Notes: generated from the sequence alone by a model not told the origin. Positions 45,274 to 54,973 are shown, counted from the first letter of the stretch. The stretch is DNA of 64,000 bases from Vicinamibacterales bacterium (GCA_965206285.1 OZ242205.1:4564478-4628477), one strand, 5' to 3'. Translations and numbers: made by a program.

Positions 45274-46188
45274 ATGATTGGCTGGCCGAGGCGGCTCGAT
45301 CGTCCGGGCGGCCCGCCCTCGCGGGGCGGGGGGGGCGAAGAACGGGCAACGGCGCCGGGCGCCGGCACGGGCGGGCTGGGGGTCGGGCGGGGGCTGACGG
45401 CGTTCGCGGCGTTCGTTGCCGTCGCCATGCTGGCGGCCTGCGCCGGGCCGGGAGCGTCCCCGCCGGACCGGGTTCGCGTGTCGGCGGCGGTCAGCCTGAC
45501 CGGCCCGCTGGAACGGGTGGCGGGCGCCTTCCAACAGGACACCGGCACCGCGGTCGAGCTGAACCTGGCCGGCTCGAGCACCCTGGCCGCGCAGATCCTG
45601 GCCGGGGCGCCGGTCGACCTGTTCATCAGCGCCGACGAGCGGCAGATGGACCGGGTGGCGGCGGAAGCGCTGATCGACGGGAACACGGGGGTGGTGCTGC
45701 TGTCGAACCGGCTCGCGGTGGTGGTGCCGGCCGGCGCGCCGACGCCGCCGGGCGACGCGGGGGCGTTGCGGGCCCCGGGGTTCCGCCGCATCGCCATCGG
45801 AGATCCGGCCGGGGTGCCCGCCGGTGTCTACGCGCGCGGCTATCTGGCTTCGCTGGGGCTCTGGGACGCGCTGGCGCCCCGGGTGGTGCCGACGCGCAGC
45901 GTGCGGGCGGCGCTGGCCGTGGTCGAGGCGGGCGACGCCGATGCGGGCATCGTGTACCGGACGGACGCGCGGTCGTCGGACGAGGTCGCTGTCGCGTTCG
46001 AGGTGCCGGAGGACGAGGGGCCGGCCATCGCGTATCCGGCGGCGGTGCTGACCGACGCTCCGAACCCGGCGGGGGGGGCGCGGTTCCTCGCCCATCTCCA
46101 GCGCCCGGCCGCCCGCGAGGTGTTCAGGCAAGCCGGCTTCATCGTGCCGGAGCCTGCGCCCGCCGCCGACCGGCCCGCCGCGCCATGA
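45274..46188 (+). CDS. modA: molybdate ABC transporter substrate-binding protein
   Basis: First ATG of ORF 45199..46188. Lipoprotein-like LTAFAAFVAVAMLAACAG. Motifs AAVSLTGPL, NLAGSSTLAAQI, DLFISAD, PAGVYA and IVYRTDA. Confidence 0.8.
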   Translation: MIGWPRRLDRPGGPPSRGGGGEERATAPGAGTGGLGVGRGLTAFAAFVAVAMLAACAGPGASPPDRVRVSAAVSLTGPLERVAGAFQQDTGTAVELNLAGSSTLAAQILAGAPVDLFISADERQMDRVAAEALIDGNTGVVLLSNRLAVVVPAGAPTPPGDAGALRAPGFRRIAIGDPAGVPAGVYARGYLASLGLWDALAPRVVPTRSVRAALAVVEAGDADAGIVYRTDARSSDEVAVAFEVPEDEGPAIAYPAAVLTDAPNPAGGARFLAHLQRPAAREVFRQAGFIVPEPAPAADRPAAP

Positions 46189-46258
46189 ACGACGTCCCCT
46201 CCGTCGCCCGGTTGGCCTCAGCCGAAGGGACGGCCATCGACGGCGAGGCGACTGGCCC

Positions 46259-46909
46259 ATGAACGACGTCCTGTCCGTCGCCGGGTTCACCGCGGGCATG
46301 GCCGCCCTCGCCACCGCCGTCATGCTTCCCCCCGGCCTCGCCGTCGCGTGGGTGCTGGCGCGGCGCCGCTTCCCGGGGCACGCGGTGCTCGAGACCCTGG
46401 TGTCGCTGCCCCTGGTGCTTCCGCCGGTGGCGACGGGGCTGATCCTCATCACCGTCCTGGGGCGGCGGGGCGTGCTCGGGGGGCTGCTCGAACGGATGGG
46501 CCTGGAGGTGATGTTCACGTGGCGCGCGGTGGTGGTGGCGATGGCGGTGATGGGCCTGCCGCTGCTCGTGCGCTCGGCGCGGGCGGGGTTCGAGCAGGTG
46601 GACCGGCGCTACGAGCAGATCGCGGCGACGCTGGGGGCCCGGCCGTCGCGGGTCTTCTTCACGGTGAGCCTGCCCCTGGCCCGGCGCGGCGTCCTCGCGG
46701 GGTCGCTGCTGGGGTTCTCGCGGGCGCTGGGCGAGTTCGGGGCGACGATCATGGTGGCGGGCGCGCTGCCGGGCACGCGGACCATCGCGGTGGCCATCTA
46801 CACCTACACCGAGACCGGCCAGGACGCCGCCGCCGCGATGATGCTGGCGGTGTCGGCGGCCATCGCGTTCGGCGCCCTGCTCGCGTCGAACCGCCTGACC
46901 GCGGCATGA
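46259..46909 (+). CDS. modB: molybdate ABC transporter permease
   Basis: 216-aa ORF. It has five or six TM helices. The EAA-type loop is ATLGARPSRVFFTVSLPLARRGVLAG. Confidence 0.85.
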   Translation: MNDVLSVAGFTAGMAALATAVMLPPGLAVAWVLARRRFPGHAVLETLVSLPLVLPPVATGLILITVLGRRGVLGGLLERMGLEVMFTWRAVVVAMAVMGLPLLVRSARAGFEQVDRRYEQIAATLGARPSRVFFTVSLPLARRGVLAGSLLGFSRALGEFGATIMVAGALPGTRTIAVAIYTYTETGQDAAAAMMLAVSAAIAFGALLASNRLTAA

Positions 46910-47574
46910 CCGGCGAGGCGCCGAGCCCCGGCTCCATCACCCTCGACTTCGCCCTGCAGCAGGGCGGCTTCGTGCTCGAGCTGCGCGAGCGCATCGAGGC
47001 GCGGGTCGTCGCCCTGTTCGGCCCGTCGGGGGCCGGCAAGACGACGGTGCTCGAGTCGATCGCGGGGCTGCGCCGGCCGCGGCGCGGCGTCATCCGCATC
47101 GGCACGCGCACCCTCTTCGACGCCGAGGCGGGGGTGGACGTGCCCTGCCACCGCCGGGGCGTCGGCTACGTGCCCCAGGACCTCGCCCTCTTCCCCCACA
47201 TGAACGTGCGCCGCAACATCCTCTACGGCGCGGGGGCGGGACCGGGCGGCGGGTTCGAGCACGTCATCGCCCTGCTCGAGCTCGGTCCCCTGCTCGACCG
47301 CGGCGTCGCCGGTCTTTCCGGCGGCGAGCGCCAGCGCGTCGCCCTCGCCCGCGCCCTCGCCGCGTCGCCGGCCCTCCTGCTGCTCGACGAGCCCCTCGCG
47401 GCCCTCGACGCCACCCTGCGCGGCCGCATCCTGCCGTATCTGGAACGCATCCGGGACGACCTGGCGACCCCGATGCTCTACGTGTCCCACGCCGAGGCCG
47501 AGGTGCGGGCTCTCGCCGACTGGGTGGTGGTGCTCGACGCCGGCCGCGCCGTGCGGTCGGGGGCCGAGCTGTGA
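46906..47574 (+). CDS. modC: molybdate ABC transporter ATP-binding protein (no C-terminal TOBE domain)
   Basis: ATG at 46906 (ATGA overlap with modB), in the frame of ORF 46348..47574. GPSGAGKTT, LSGGERQRVALARAL, LLLDEP. Confidence 0.85.
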   Translation: MTGEAPSPGSITLDFALQQGGFVLELRERIEARVVALFGPSGAGKTTVLESIAGLRRPRRGVIRIGTRTLFDAEAGVDVPCHRRGVGYVPQDLALFPHMNVRRNILYGAGAGPGGGFEHVIALLELGPLLDRGVAGLSGGERQRVALARALAASPALLLLDEPLAALDATLRGRILPYLERIRDDLATPMLYVSHAEAEVRALADWVVVLDAGRAVRSGAEL

Positions 47575-47664
47575 CGTGCCGGGCGCGGAAGGTCCGGCAC
47601 GCGTGCACGGAGCCGCCGCGTGCGCTATGATCGGACCTGAATTCAGACCGTTTTCGAGGTGGTT

Positions 47665-47943
47665 ATGCCGACTGCGGTTGTCAGTCTGAGCGCATTCAAG
47701 GCCAAGGCAGCACAGATGCTCGCCGACATGAAGGCCGCAGAGCACGAGATCGTCCTCACGCAGCGTGGGGCGGCGAGTGCGGTGGTGCAGGACTTCGACG
47801 CACACCAGCGCCAGCAGGACGCGCTGCTCATGTTGAAGCTCATGGTGCAGGGTGAGGTCGACATCCAGGCGGGGCGGACGACTCCGCAGGATCAGGTGTT
47901 CGCGGAGATCAAGGCTCGCTTGACCACGCCCACGGATGGCTGA
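47665..47943 (+). CDS. Phd/YefM family antitoxin
   Basis: Met3 of ORF 47659..47943, preceded by GAGGTGG. VVSLSAFKAKAAQMLADMKAAEHEIVLTQRGAASAVVQDFDAH. Overlaps the toxin gene by 8 nt. Confidence 0.75.
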   Translation: MPTAVVSLSAFKAKAAQMLADMKAAEHEIVLTQRGAASAVVQDFDAHQRQQDALLMLKLMVQGEVDIQAGRTTPQDQVFAEIKARLTTPTDG

Positions 47944-48259
47944 CTTCGAGGTCCTGTGGACCGACGCGGCGAAACTCGACCTCCATCGAATCGTCACGTT
48001 CATTGCCGAAGGGAACCCTGCCCGTGCTCTTGGCGTGTCGCAGCAGGCGGAGCAACGGTGCCGGGCTCTCGTCTCCTTTCCGGAACGTGGCCGTATCGTT
48101 CCCGAGCTGAGAGCAGTGGGCGTGCTCGCCTACCGGGAGCTGGTCGAAGGGCCATGGCGCATCGTGTATCGATTCGATGCGGATCGTGTCCACGTCACCG
48201 CGGTTCTCGACGCCCGTCGGGATCTGTCCAGCCTGCTGCTCGAACGGCTGGTCCGCTGA
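47936..48259 (+). CDS. parE: ParE/RelE family toxin
   Basis: 107-aa ORF. W.DAAKLDLHRIVTFIA, FPERGRIVPEL, YRELVEGPWRIVYRFDADRVHVTAVLDARRDL. Confidence 0.8.
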   Translation: MADFEVLWTDAAKLDLHRIVTFIAEGNPARALGVSQQAEQRCRALVSFPERGRIVPELRAVGVLAYRELVEGPWRIVYRFDADRVHVTAVLDARRDLSSLLLERLVR

Positions 48260-48271
48260 GCAGCGCCCTCG

Positions 48272-48685
48272 GTGTCTCCGTGTTTCCGGGCGTTCATTCC
48301 GGCGGCGCCCCGGCGCGGCATCCATCTCGTCCATCTCGGCCAGCAGGATCCGTTGACCCGCTTCACGGACGAGGTCGTCGATCTCTACGACCGCATGGAG
48401 GTGGAGATCGACGACGCGCTGCGCGACGAGCTGGCCGCGGTCCGCGTGGACGACGCGCGCATCGACCTGGCGGGGGTGGGTATCAAGGGGCCGGCCTCGA
48501 CCTGGACCTACGTGGTGAACGACAACCTGTTCCGCGACCAGATCGGCCGGCTCCTTGCGGGGCCGGGACGGACGAGCGTCGCAATCTTCGCGGCGGTGTG
48601 GCTGATGCCGCTGATGATCGCGTGGGGCCTCGTCGATAGGTACTTGCGGAAGCGTCCGCACCGCCGGGCCGACCCGTATCGGTGA
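48272..48685 (+). pseudogene. orphan SecA-like C-terminal fragment fused to a TM helix
   Basis: RRGIHLVHLGQQDPLTRFTDEVVDLYDRMEVEIDDAL aligns by eye with the SecA helical-scaffold block ([33 protein letters not shown]). No SecA N-terminal motor is encoded upstream. It ends in the TM-like SVAIFAAVWLMPLMIAWGLV. Confidence 0.35.
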
Positions 48686-48912
48686 GGTTGCGCGCGCGAG
48701 CAGCCGGTGGCGCAACTCCGTGTTGCACGGAGGCTGCCCAGGAAGGTGCCTCGCCGGTCGAATGCTGCGGGGCCCATCACCATGGGCTCCCGGGCCACTT
48801 CAGAGTGCAGCGGGGACTCTCACCCTGGGCTGAATGGCCGCGTGCCACCAGGAACCCGTCGCCGCCGGACCCGGACGGGCCAGTCTTTTACGCGGGCGGT
48901 CGAGCCGGCCGC

Positions 48913-49866
48913 TCAACCGCGATAGCGGCGAGCCCCGCCGTCGCGGTGCCAGAGTCGCAGCATGAGGCGTTTTCGCGCCGGATCGTCGACATAGGCGGTG
49001 CGCCCATGGCCGCACCAGCGGTTGTTCACGAACTGCAGCTCGCCCGGGCGCAGGGTGAATTCGCAGCAGAGATCCGGGTCCTGCACCACCCGGGTCATCG
49101 TATCGAACGCGGCCCGCGTCACCTCGTCCATTTCGACCCCCGCCGTCTCGTATCCGGCCGGGATGGTGAAGTGGGTGTACCGGCAGCGCAGGTCGGGCCG
49201 CAGCTCGAAGACGGGGAAGAACACGGTTTGCGATTCGTCCGGCCAGAAATCACCCTGCCGGTCCTGATAGAAGGGGAGATACAGGCGTTCGAGCAACCGC
49301 GGGTGCTCTGCGAGCAGGGCGTTGTGGACCGAACAGAAGCTCACGAAGCGGCTCGCCCCGCCCTCCCGGGCGGTGGCAAGGCAGAGCAGGCTCACATGGT
49401 CCGGCGGTGCATGATTGAAAGAGTTGTCGACGTGCGGGGGCTGCGCGACATTGGTGCGGAATCCGCGTACCCCGATCCGCTTCTTCACGCCGGTGTCGGT
49501 CACTTCCAACAGGATCTGCCCATCGCGGGTCTGGACCACGGGACGGCCGACCATCGCCGCGAGCAACCAGAACACGGCCTCGATCTGCGGGCGGCCGGAC
49601 AGCTCCTCGATCGGGATCCGGTCTACCACGGCCACGCCGGGGCCTTCATCCAGGCGTTGCCGCACCTCGCCCAGCAGGTTGCGGCAGGCGTCGAGCTCGT
49701 AGTCCGAGGGGTCGAGCAGGCAGGTCGGCACCGGGTCGCGCTCGAGCGCGCGCGCGAGCTGGTCGATCTCGTCGAGGCAGCTCGATGGTACCGCGATCCG
49801 CCAATCGCTCTCGCGAATCGTGCGGCGGGTCCAGGCCCGCGGGCCGGTGATCGGCTCGCGAATCAT
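48913..49866 (-). CDS. TauD/TfdA family Fe(II)/2-oxoglutarate dioxygenase
   Basis: Met59 of ORF 48913..50040. PPHVDNSF (HxD), RWCGHGR (distal His/Arg). The overall length is typical. Confidence 0.7.
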   Translation of the reverse strand: MIREPITGPRAWTRRTIRESDWRIAVPSSCLDEIDQLARALERDPVPTCLLDPSDYELDACRNLLGEVRQRLDEGPGVAVVDRIPIEELSGRPQIEAVFWLLAAMVGRPVVQTRDGQILLEVTDTGVKKRIGVRGFRTNVAQPPHVDNSFNHAPPDHVSLLCLATAREGGASRFVSFCSVHNALLAEHPRLLERLYLPFYQDRQGDFWPDESQTVFFPVFELRPDLRCRYTHFTIPAGYETAGVEMDEVTRAAFDTMTRVVQDPDLCCEFTLRPGELQFVNNRWCGHGRTAYVDDPARKRLMLRLWHRDGGARRYRG

Positions 49867-50094
49867 GGGCGGCGCCGGGTCCCGGGCTTCGCCGAGAGGC
49901 GCGGGGTGGTCATGAAGGGGTCGGCGCCGAGGGCCCGTCGGTATCACGATCGGCCTGCTTTCCCCATCCAGGGCCTCGACTGGAATCCCGACCGCGAGCA
50001 CATCGCCGCGGCCCGCGCGGTTCCGCGCCATCGGCGGCACGAGCGCATCGGTGGAATGGCGGATCGCGGCATGTCTCGCATCGAGCCCGTCGAT

Positions 50095-50859
50095 TCAGCG
50101 CGCGCGGGAATGTCCGCGAAAGAACGAGACGATCCGCTCGCTGGTCCCGCGCGGGTAGACGTGGGCGCCGGCATGGATCCAGGTCATGACCGGCGCCGCC
50201 GTGCCCGCGCCGTATACCGTGCAGCCGGCTCCGCAACGGGTCGTTGCCTCGACGCCGTTCACCTCGAGGGCGAGGGCGATCGCGGCTTCCTGATCGGAGA
50301 AGCGGACCACCCGATCGCGCTCCCCGGCCACATGGAAGACGGGCCGAGGCTGCCCGGGCCGCACCGAGGGACGGAGGCGGGCCGCCACCGGCGCGTACGC
50401 GGCGAACATGCCGGGGCGCTCCGCCCACAAGAGGTAGGTGAACATCCCGCCGTTCGAGTAGCCCGTCGCGTAGATGCGGTCGTCGTCGACGCTGTACGTT
50501 TCGCGCAGCGACGCCAGCGCCACGTCGACGAGCCTGAGGTCGCGGTCGCCGCGGCCGCCGCGCTCCACCTGCCAGCCGAGGAGGCCGCCGCGCCTCTCGA
50601 GTCCCTGAAAGTACACGACGATCGCGTCGGGCCACGCCACGTGGAGGTTCGTGTACTGGAAGTTCTGCATGTTGTCGCCGAACCCGTGGAACGACAGGAC
50701 CAGCGGTGCTCCTTCCCCTCCCGGTGACGCCGGAGCGTAGACGATGGCTTCGCGCGTCTCGCCGTCGACCTGCCATCTCATGACCTGCGCGGCGGCGTCC
50801 CCGACGCCGGGAATCAGCAACAGGCCGACCAGGGCCACGTGCGTCAGTTGCATTCTCAT
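50095..50859 (-). CDS. secreted alpha/beta-hydrolase esterase (PHB depolymerase/LpqC-like)
   Basis: Met52 of ORF 50095..51012. Signal MRMQLTHVALVGLLLIPGVGDAAAQ. Motifs LSFHGFG, GYSNGG (nucleophile elbow). Confidence 0.7.
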   Translation of the reverse strand: MRMQLTHVALVGLLLIPGVGDAAAQVMRWQVDGETREAIVYAPASPGGEGAPLVLSFHGFGDNMQNFQYTNLHVAWPDAIVVYFQGLERRGGLLGWQVERGGRGDRDLRLVDVALASLRETYSVDDDRIYATGYSNGGMFTYLLWAERPGMFAAYAPVAARLRPSVRPGQPRPVFHVAGERDRVVRFSDQEAAIALALEVNGVEATTRCGAGCTVYGAGTAAPVMTWIHAGAHVYPRGTSERIVSFFRGHSRAR

Positions 50860-51050
50860 CCATGCCTCCACGTTCGCTGACGACGGTATCCGCCGGCCGC
50901 GGTCCGGACCGAGAGCGACCTTGGGACGGTGACGGAAACGACCTTGCCGTGCCCAGCGCGCGCGACCAACGGGCTGTGCCCGGGGTGCGGTTGTCGACTT
51001 CATCTCGGTCACCGTCCTTGCCGTCGCGCGGGGAGCCTGTGCCGCAGAAG

Positions 51051-51093
51051 TCTCGCGTCAGCGAAACTTCCAACGTGACCGCCAGGTCGCGCG
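51051..51093. repeat. dispersed-family module (reverse orientation)
   Basis: TCTCGCGTCAGCGAAACTTCCAACGTGACCGCCAGGTCGCGCG is the reverse complement of the CGCGCGACCTG.CGGTC.CGTTGGA.GTTTCGCTG.CGCG module seen at 14467 and 4576. Confidence 0.7.
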
Positions 51094-51133
51094 GTCGCGC
51101 TGGCTCCGAACCGGCGCGCCCGGAGGCCGCTGC

Positions 51134-52438
51134 CTACACCCCGATGCCGAGCACGCTGAACAGCAGCCAGGACACGAGGCCGCCGACCACGGTCATCGAC
51201 AACCCCCACGCCATCAGCTTGTTGAACAGGTCGCGGGTGTCCACGCTGGGGTGGGCGGCGGCCATGCACAGGGCGCCGAGGGTTGACAGCGGCGAGACGT
51301 CGACCAGGTGCCCGCCGACGTTCATCGCCGAGGCGAGGGCGAGCGGCTCCACCGAGAGCCGTTCCGCGAGGTCGGCGACGGTCGGCAGGAACGCGGGCAG
51401 CACGACGCCGGAGGTGCTGCTGTAGAGCGAGATGAACCCGGTGGACGCGGCCATGATGAACGTCGGGGCGATGGCCGCGGGGCGCTCGATGAGGTCGGTG
51501 AACAGGTCGAGTCCGCCGGTCGCGCCGAGCACCTCGATCAGCACGGTGACCCCGCACACCATCATGATGACGCGCCACGGCATGATCTTCACCGCCTCGA
51601 GCTCGTCCCCCGCCTTCAGCAGGCTCAGCAGCACCGCGCCGGCGAAGGCCCCCAGCCCGACGTCGACGTCGAAGAAGATGACGGTGACGATCAGCGTCGC
51701 GATCACCGCCAGGGTCACGAGATGCGTCCGCGAGAACGTGACGGCGCCGGCGTCGTCGCCGCCCTCGGTCCCGTCGCTCGACGGCACGTCCAGCGCGCCC
51801 TCGTGGTAGCGGCCGAGCAGCTTCAGGCCGCCGAAGAGGAAGTAGGCCGTGAACACCACGACGGTGTGGGCGATCATGTTGTTCAGGTAGTTGTACAGCT
51901 CGTACCCGCCCATGCCGAACTGCTCCATCACCCCGTTGACGATGACCCCGGTGGGAGCGATGGGGGAGAGCGACCCCGCGTTGGCGCCCATGCCGACCAT
52001 GATCGCCATCAGGAACGCGGGCACCCCGACCTGTCCCGCCACCGCCATCGCCATCGGGGCGATGATCGCGGTCGAGGCGATGTTGCCCGGCCCGATCGAC
52101 GCGAGGACGAACGCGAGCAGGAAGAACATCATCGGCATCACGCCGACGTTGCCGCGGGCGTAGCTGACGGCCCGGTGCGCCACCCGGTCGAGGGTGCCGT
52201 TGAGCTGGGCGAGGGAGAACAGCAGGGTGACGCCGGCCAGGGTCAGGAACAGCCGGGCGGGGAATCCCGCCATCACCTCGCGCGCGCTCATCCCCGCGAC
52301 GTAGACCCCCACCAGCCATGCCAGCGAGATGGCCAGGAAGCCGACGTGCAGCCTGATCGTGCAGCTGACGACGATGGCCACCGCGAGGGCGCCGAGGGAG
52401 ACGGCCGCGACCGGGTCTACCGAGCTGAACAGGTCCAT
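51134..52438 (-). CDS. ion-transporter superfamily anion permease (SLC13/DASS/MatC-like)
   Basis: 434-aa ORF. About 12 TM helices in two halves around a hydrophilic loop (DVPSSDGTEGGDDAG). Repeated SxxxGP/NAGS hairpin-type motifs. Substrate unknown. Confidence 0.65.
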   Translation of the reverse strand: MDLFSSVDPVAAVSLGALAVAIVVSCTIRLHVGFLAISLAWLVGVYVAGMSAREVMAGFPARLFLTLAGVTLLFSLAQLNGTLDRVAHRAVSYARGNVGVMPMMFFLLAFVLASIGPGNIASTAIIAPMAMAVAGQVGVPAFLMAIMVGMGANAGSLSPIAPTGVIVNGVMEQFGMGGYELYNYLNNMIAHTVVVFTAYFLFGGLKLLGRYHEGALDVPSSDGTEGGDDAGAVTFSRTHLVTLAVIATLIVTVIFFDVDVGLGAFAGAVLLSLLKAGDELEAVKIMPWRVIMMVCGVTVLIEVLGATGGLDLFTDLIERPAAIAPTFIMAASTGFISLYSSTSGVVLPAFLPTVADLAERLSVEPLALASAMNVGGHLVDVSPLSTLGALCMAAAHPSVDTRDLFNKLMAWGLSMTVVGGLVSWLLFSVLGIGV

Positions 52439-52700
52439 GGCGGGCGATCATATCGCGGATGCCGGTGCGTTCCTGGCGGGCCGGGCGTCCCGAGGAGCCC
52501 GTGGTCGAACCGCGGGTTGCAGCGAGATCGGCGAGGGCGCCAGCGGCAAGGCGCTACGCAGTTCCGCAGCGCAACGTATTCCGCGCGTGATGCACGTCGG
52601 TCGAATGCCAGCGGGGCTCGCGACTCGAGCTTCTGGTACGCCCCCGCGCCCCGGGGTTGACCGCGCGGCGTGGCCGCGCCATCCTCGGGACGGCCACCCG

Positions 52701-53150
52701 ATGTTCCTCTTCCTCGCCCACCACGGAGACGCGCTCGGACCGGGGCAGGACCCCCAGCGGCCCCTGTCGCCGCGCGGGCGCGCGCAGGCCGACGCACTCT
52801 CGACGCAGGCGGCGGCGCGGGGAGTACGTCCCGCCGCCATCTGGCACAGCGGCAAGCTGCGGGCTCGCCAGACGGCCGAGGCGTACTGGCGTGTCTGCAA
52901 CCCTCTGGCCGAGTACTCGGCCACGCGGTGGGCGCAGCCCGGCGATCCGCCGCGGCTCGCCGACCTGCTCGAGGTCGAGACCCGCGACGTGATGGTGGTG
53001 GGCCACCTGCCGCATCTCGACCGGCTGCTGCGCCACCTGCTGCTCGACGACGAGAGCCTGCCGCCGTTCCCCGTGAACGGGCTGGTGGCGGTCGAGCGGG
53101 TGGACGAGGCGTGGGTCGAGCGCTGGCGCCTCGCCGCGCCGCCGGCGTGA
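52701..53150 (+). CDS. sixA: phosphohistidine phosphatase SixA-like
   Basis: Met125 of ORF 52329..53150. MFLFLAHHGDA (RHG-type motif with R replaced by H), SPRGRAQA, VVGHLPHL. Confidence 0.65.
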   Translation: MFLFLAHHGDALGPGQDPQRPLSPRGRAQADALSTQAAARGVRPAAIWHSGKLRARQTAEAYWRVCNPLAEYSATRWAQPGDPPRLADLLEVETRDVMVVGHLPHLDRLLRHLLLDDESLPPFPVNGLVAVERVDEAWVERWRLAAPPA

Positions 53151-53335
53151 GCCGGTCTCCTCGGTGGCGCATACGAGACGACGGCGTCAACGTTGGCGCC
53201 CGCCGGGGCCCCGGTGGGTGGGAGTCTGGTGCCGTGGCCAGATGCGTCCGGCCCGGCGCCAGGTCCGCTGGCGGGCGGGTGCCACGGCGCCGCACCGACG
53301 GGCCTGCCGTCGGGGGCCGGCCCGTCAGCCTGCCG

Positions 53336-54757
53336 TCAGGCCGGCAGGAGCCGTTCGAGATGCTCCTGCAGGAGAGTCCAGGCCCGCCGGACGTGGCGCT
53401 CCTCGGTGCGGATGTGTCCGACGGCCAGCCGCAGGGCGAAGCGGCCGTCGAGGCGCGTGTGCGACAGGAACACCTCGCCGGTGGCGTTGACGGCGTCGAG
53501 CAGCCGGGCGTTCAGGGCGTCGAGGTCGCCGGCGGGCGCCGCGGGGTTGGCGCGGAAGCAGACGACCGAGAACGGCGCCGGGGCGAGCCGCTCGAAGCGG
53601 TCGCTGGCGTCGACCCAGTCGGCGAAGCACCGGGCGAGCCGCATGTGCTCGGCGATGCGGCGGCGGATGCCGTCGGCCCCGAAGTAGCGCAGCACCGTCC
53701 ACAGCTTCAGGGCGCGGAACCGGCGCCCGAGCTGCACGCCGGTGTCCATGAGGTTGCGGACCGCCCCCGGTTCCCGGCTCTGCAGATAGTCCGGGGTCAG
53801 GGCGAACGCCGCTTCGATCCGGTCCATGCGGCGGCAGAAGAGCGCGCTCAGATCGAACGGCGTGAACAGCCACTTGTGCGGGTTCACGACCAGCGAATCG
53901 GCCCGGTCGCATCCGGCCAGCGTCTGTTCGTGGCCCGGCACCATCGCCGCGACCCCCGCGTAGGCGGCGTCGACGTGCAGCCACAGGCGCTCCCGGGCGC
54001 AGATGTCCGCGATGTCCGGCACCGGGTCGACGCTGGTGACCGCGGTCGTGCCCACCGTCGCCACCACCGCCAGCGGGGTGACGCCGCTTCCCCGGTCCTC
54101 GTCGATTGCCGCCGCGAGCGCGGCGGGGCGCAGGCGGAACCGTTCGTCGGCGTCGATGCGCCGGAGCCCGCTCTGTCCCAGTCCCAGCGTCATCACCGCC
54201 TTGTCGACCGACGAGTGGGCATGCTCGGAGCAGTAGATCCGCAACCGCGCGAGGTCCGGGCGGCCCGCGAGGCCGCGCTCGCGCACCTCGGGCACCGCCT
54301 GCCGGGCCGCGGCGAGGGCGTGCAGGGTCGAGATGGAGGCGGTGTCGTAGATGACCCCCTCGAACGCGTCCGGCAGCCCGAGCAGGCGCCGGAGCCAGCC
54401 GAGGGCCACCTCTTCGAGCTCGGTCACCGCCGGGGAGGTGCGCCACAGCATGCCCTGGGCGTTGAACGCGGCGCTCAGGAACTCGGCGAGCACGCCGGGG
54501 CCGCTGGCGCTGATCGCGAAGTACGCGAAGAACCCGGGATGGTTCCAGTGGGTCAGGCCAGGGACGATGAGCCGTTCGACGTCGTCCCGGATGGCGCTCC
54601 ACGGCTCGCCGGAGGCGGGCGCCTCGGGCGGCAGGGCCTCGCGAACCTCGCCCGGCTTCACCCGCGACAGCACCGGATACCGCTCGGCCTCTTCGAGATA
54701 CCGGCCGATCCAGTCGACCAGCTCGTGACCCGCCTGCCGGAACGCCGCCGCGTCCAT
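53336..54757 (-). CDS. PLP-dependent group II decarboxylase (aromatic-L-amino-acid decarboxylase-like)
   Basis: ORF 53336..54853, with the most plausible start at Met33 (MDAAAFRQAGHELVDWI). Motifs HWNHPGFFAYF, DAAYAG, NPHKWLFTPFD (Lys for PLP). Confidence 0.8.
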   Translation of the reverse strand: MDAAAFRQAGHELVDWIGRYLEEAERYPVLSRVKPGEVREALPPEAPASGEPWSAIRDDVERLIVPGLTHWNHPGFFAYFAISASGPGVLAEFLSAAFNAQGMLWRTSPAVTELEEVALGWLRRLLGLPDAFEGVIYDTASISTLHALAAARQAVPEVRERGLAGRPDLARLRIYCSEHAHSSVDKAVMTLGLGQSGLRRIDADERFRLRPAALAAAIDEDRGSGVTPLAVVATVGTTAVTSVDPVPDIADICARERLWLHVDAAYAGVAAMVPGHEQTLAGCDRADSLVVNPHKWLFTPFDLSALFCRRMDRIEAAFALTPDYLQSREPGAVRNLMDTGVQLGRRFRALKLWTVLRYFGADGIRRRIAEHMRLARCFADWVDASDRFERLAPAPFSVVCFRANPAAPAGDLDALNARLLDAVNATGEVFLSHTRLDGRFALRLAVGHIRTEERHVRRAWTLLQEHLERLLPA

Positions 54758-54973
54758 GTCGCCGAGCGGAGGCGCGGACGTTGGAAGTGGCGGCTCGCCG
54801 GGGGGGTGTGCGGACATCGGCCCTTGGTGTGCGCGGACCGAAAATTGTAGCATCAGGTGTCGGAGGTGTCGGGGCCGTCGGCCCGGGGCGACGGCCGTCC
54901 CGGGGGCCCCGACCTCGGTTCAGCGCCCGAAGAGTGCGGGCGCACGGAGGTTCTGGTGGCAGAAGCAGCAGTA

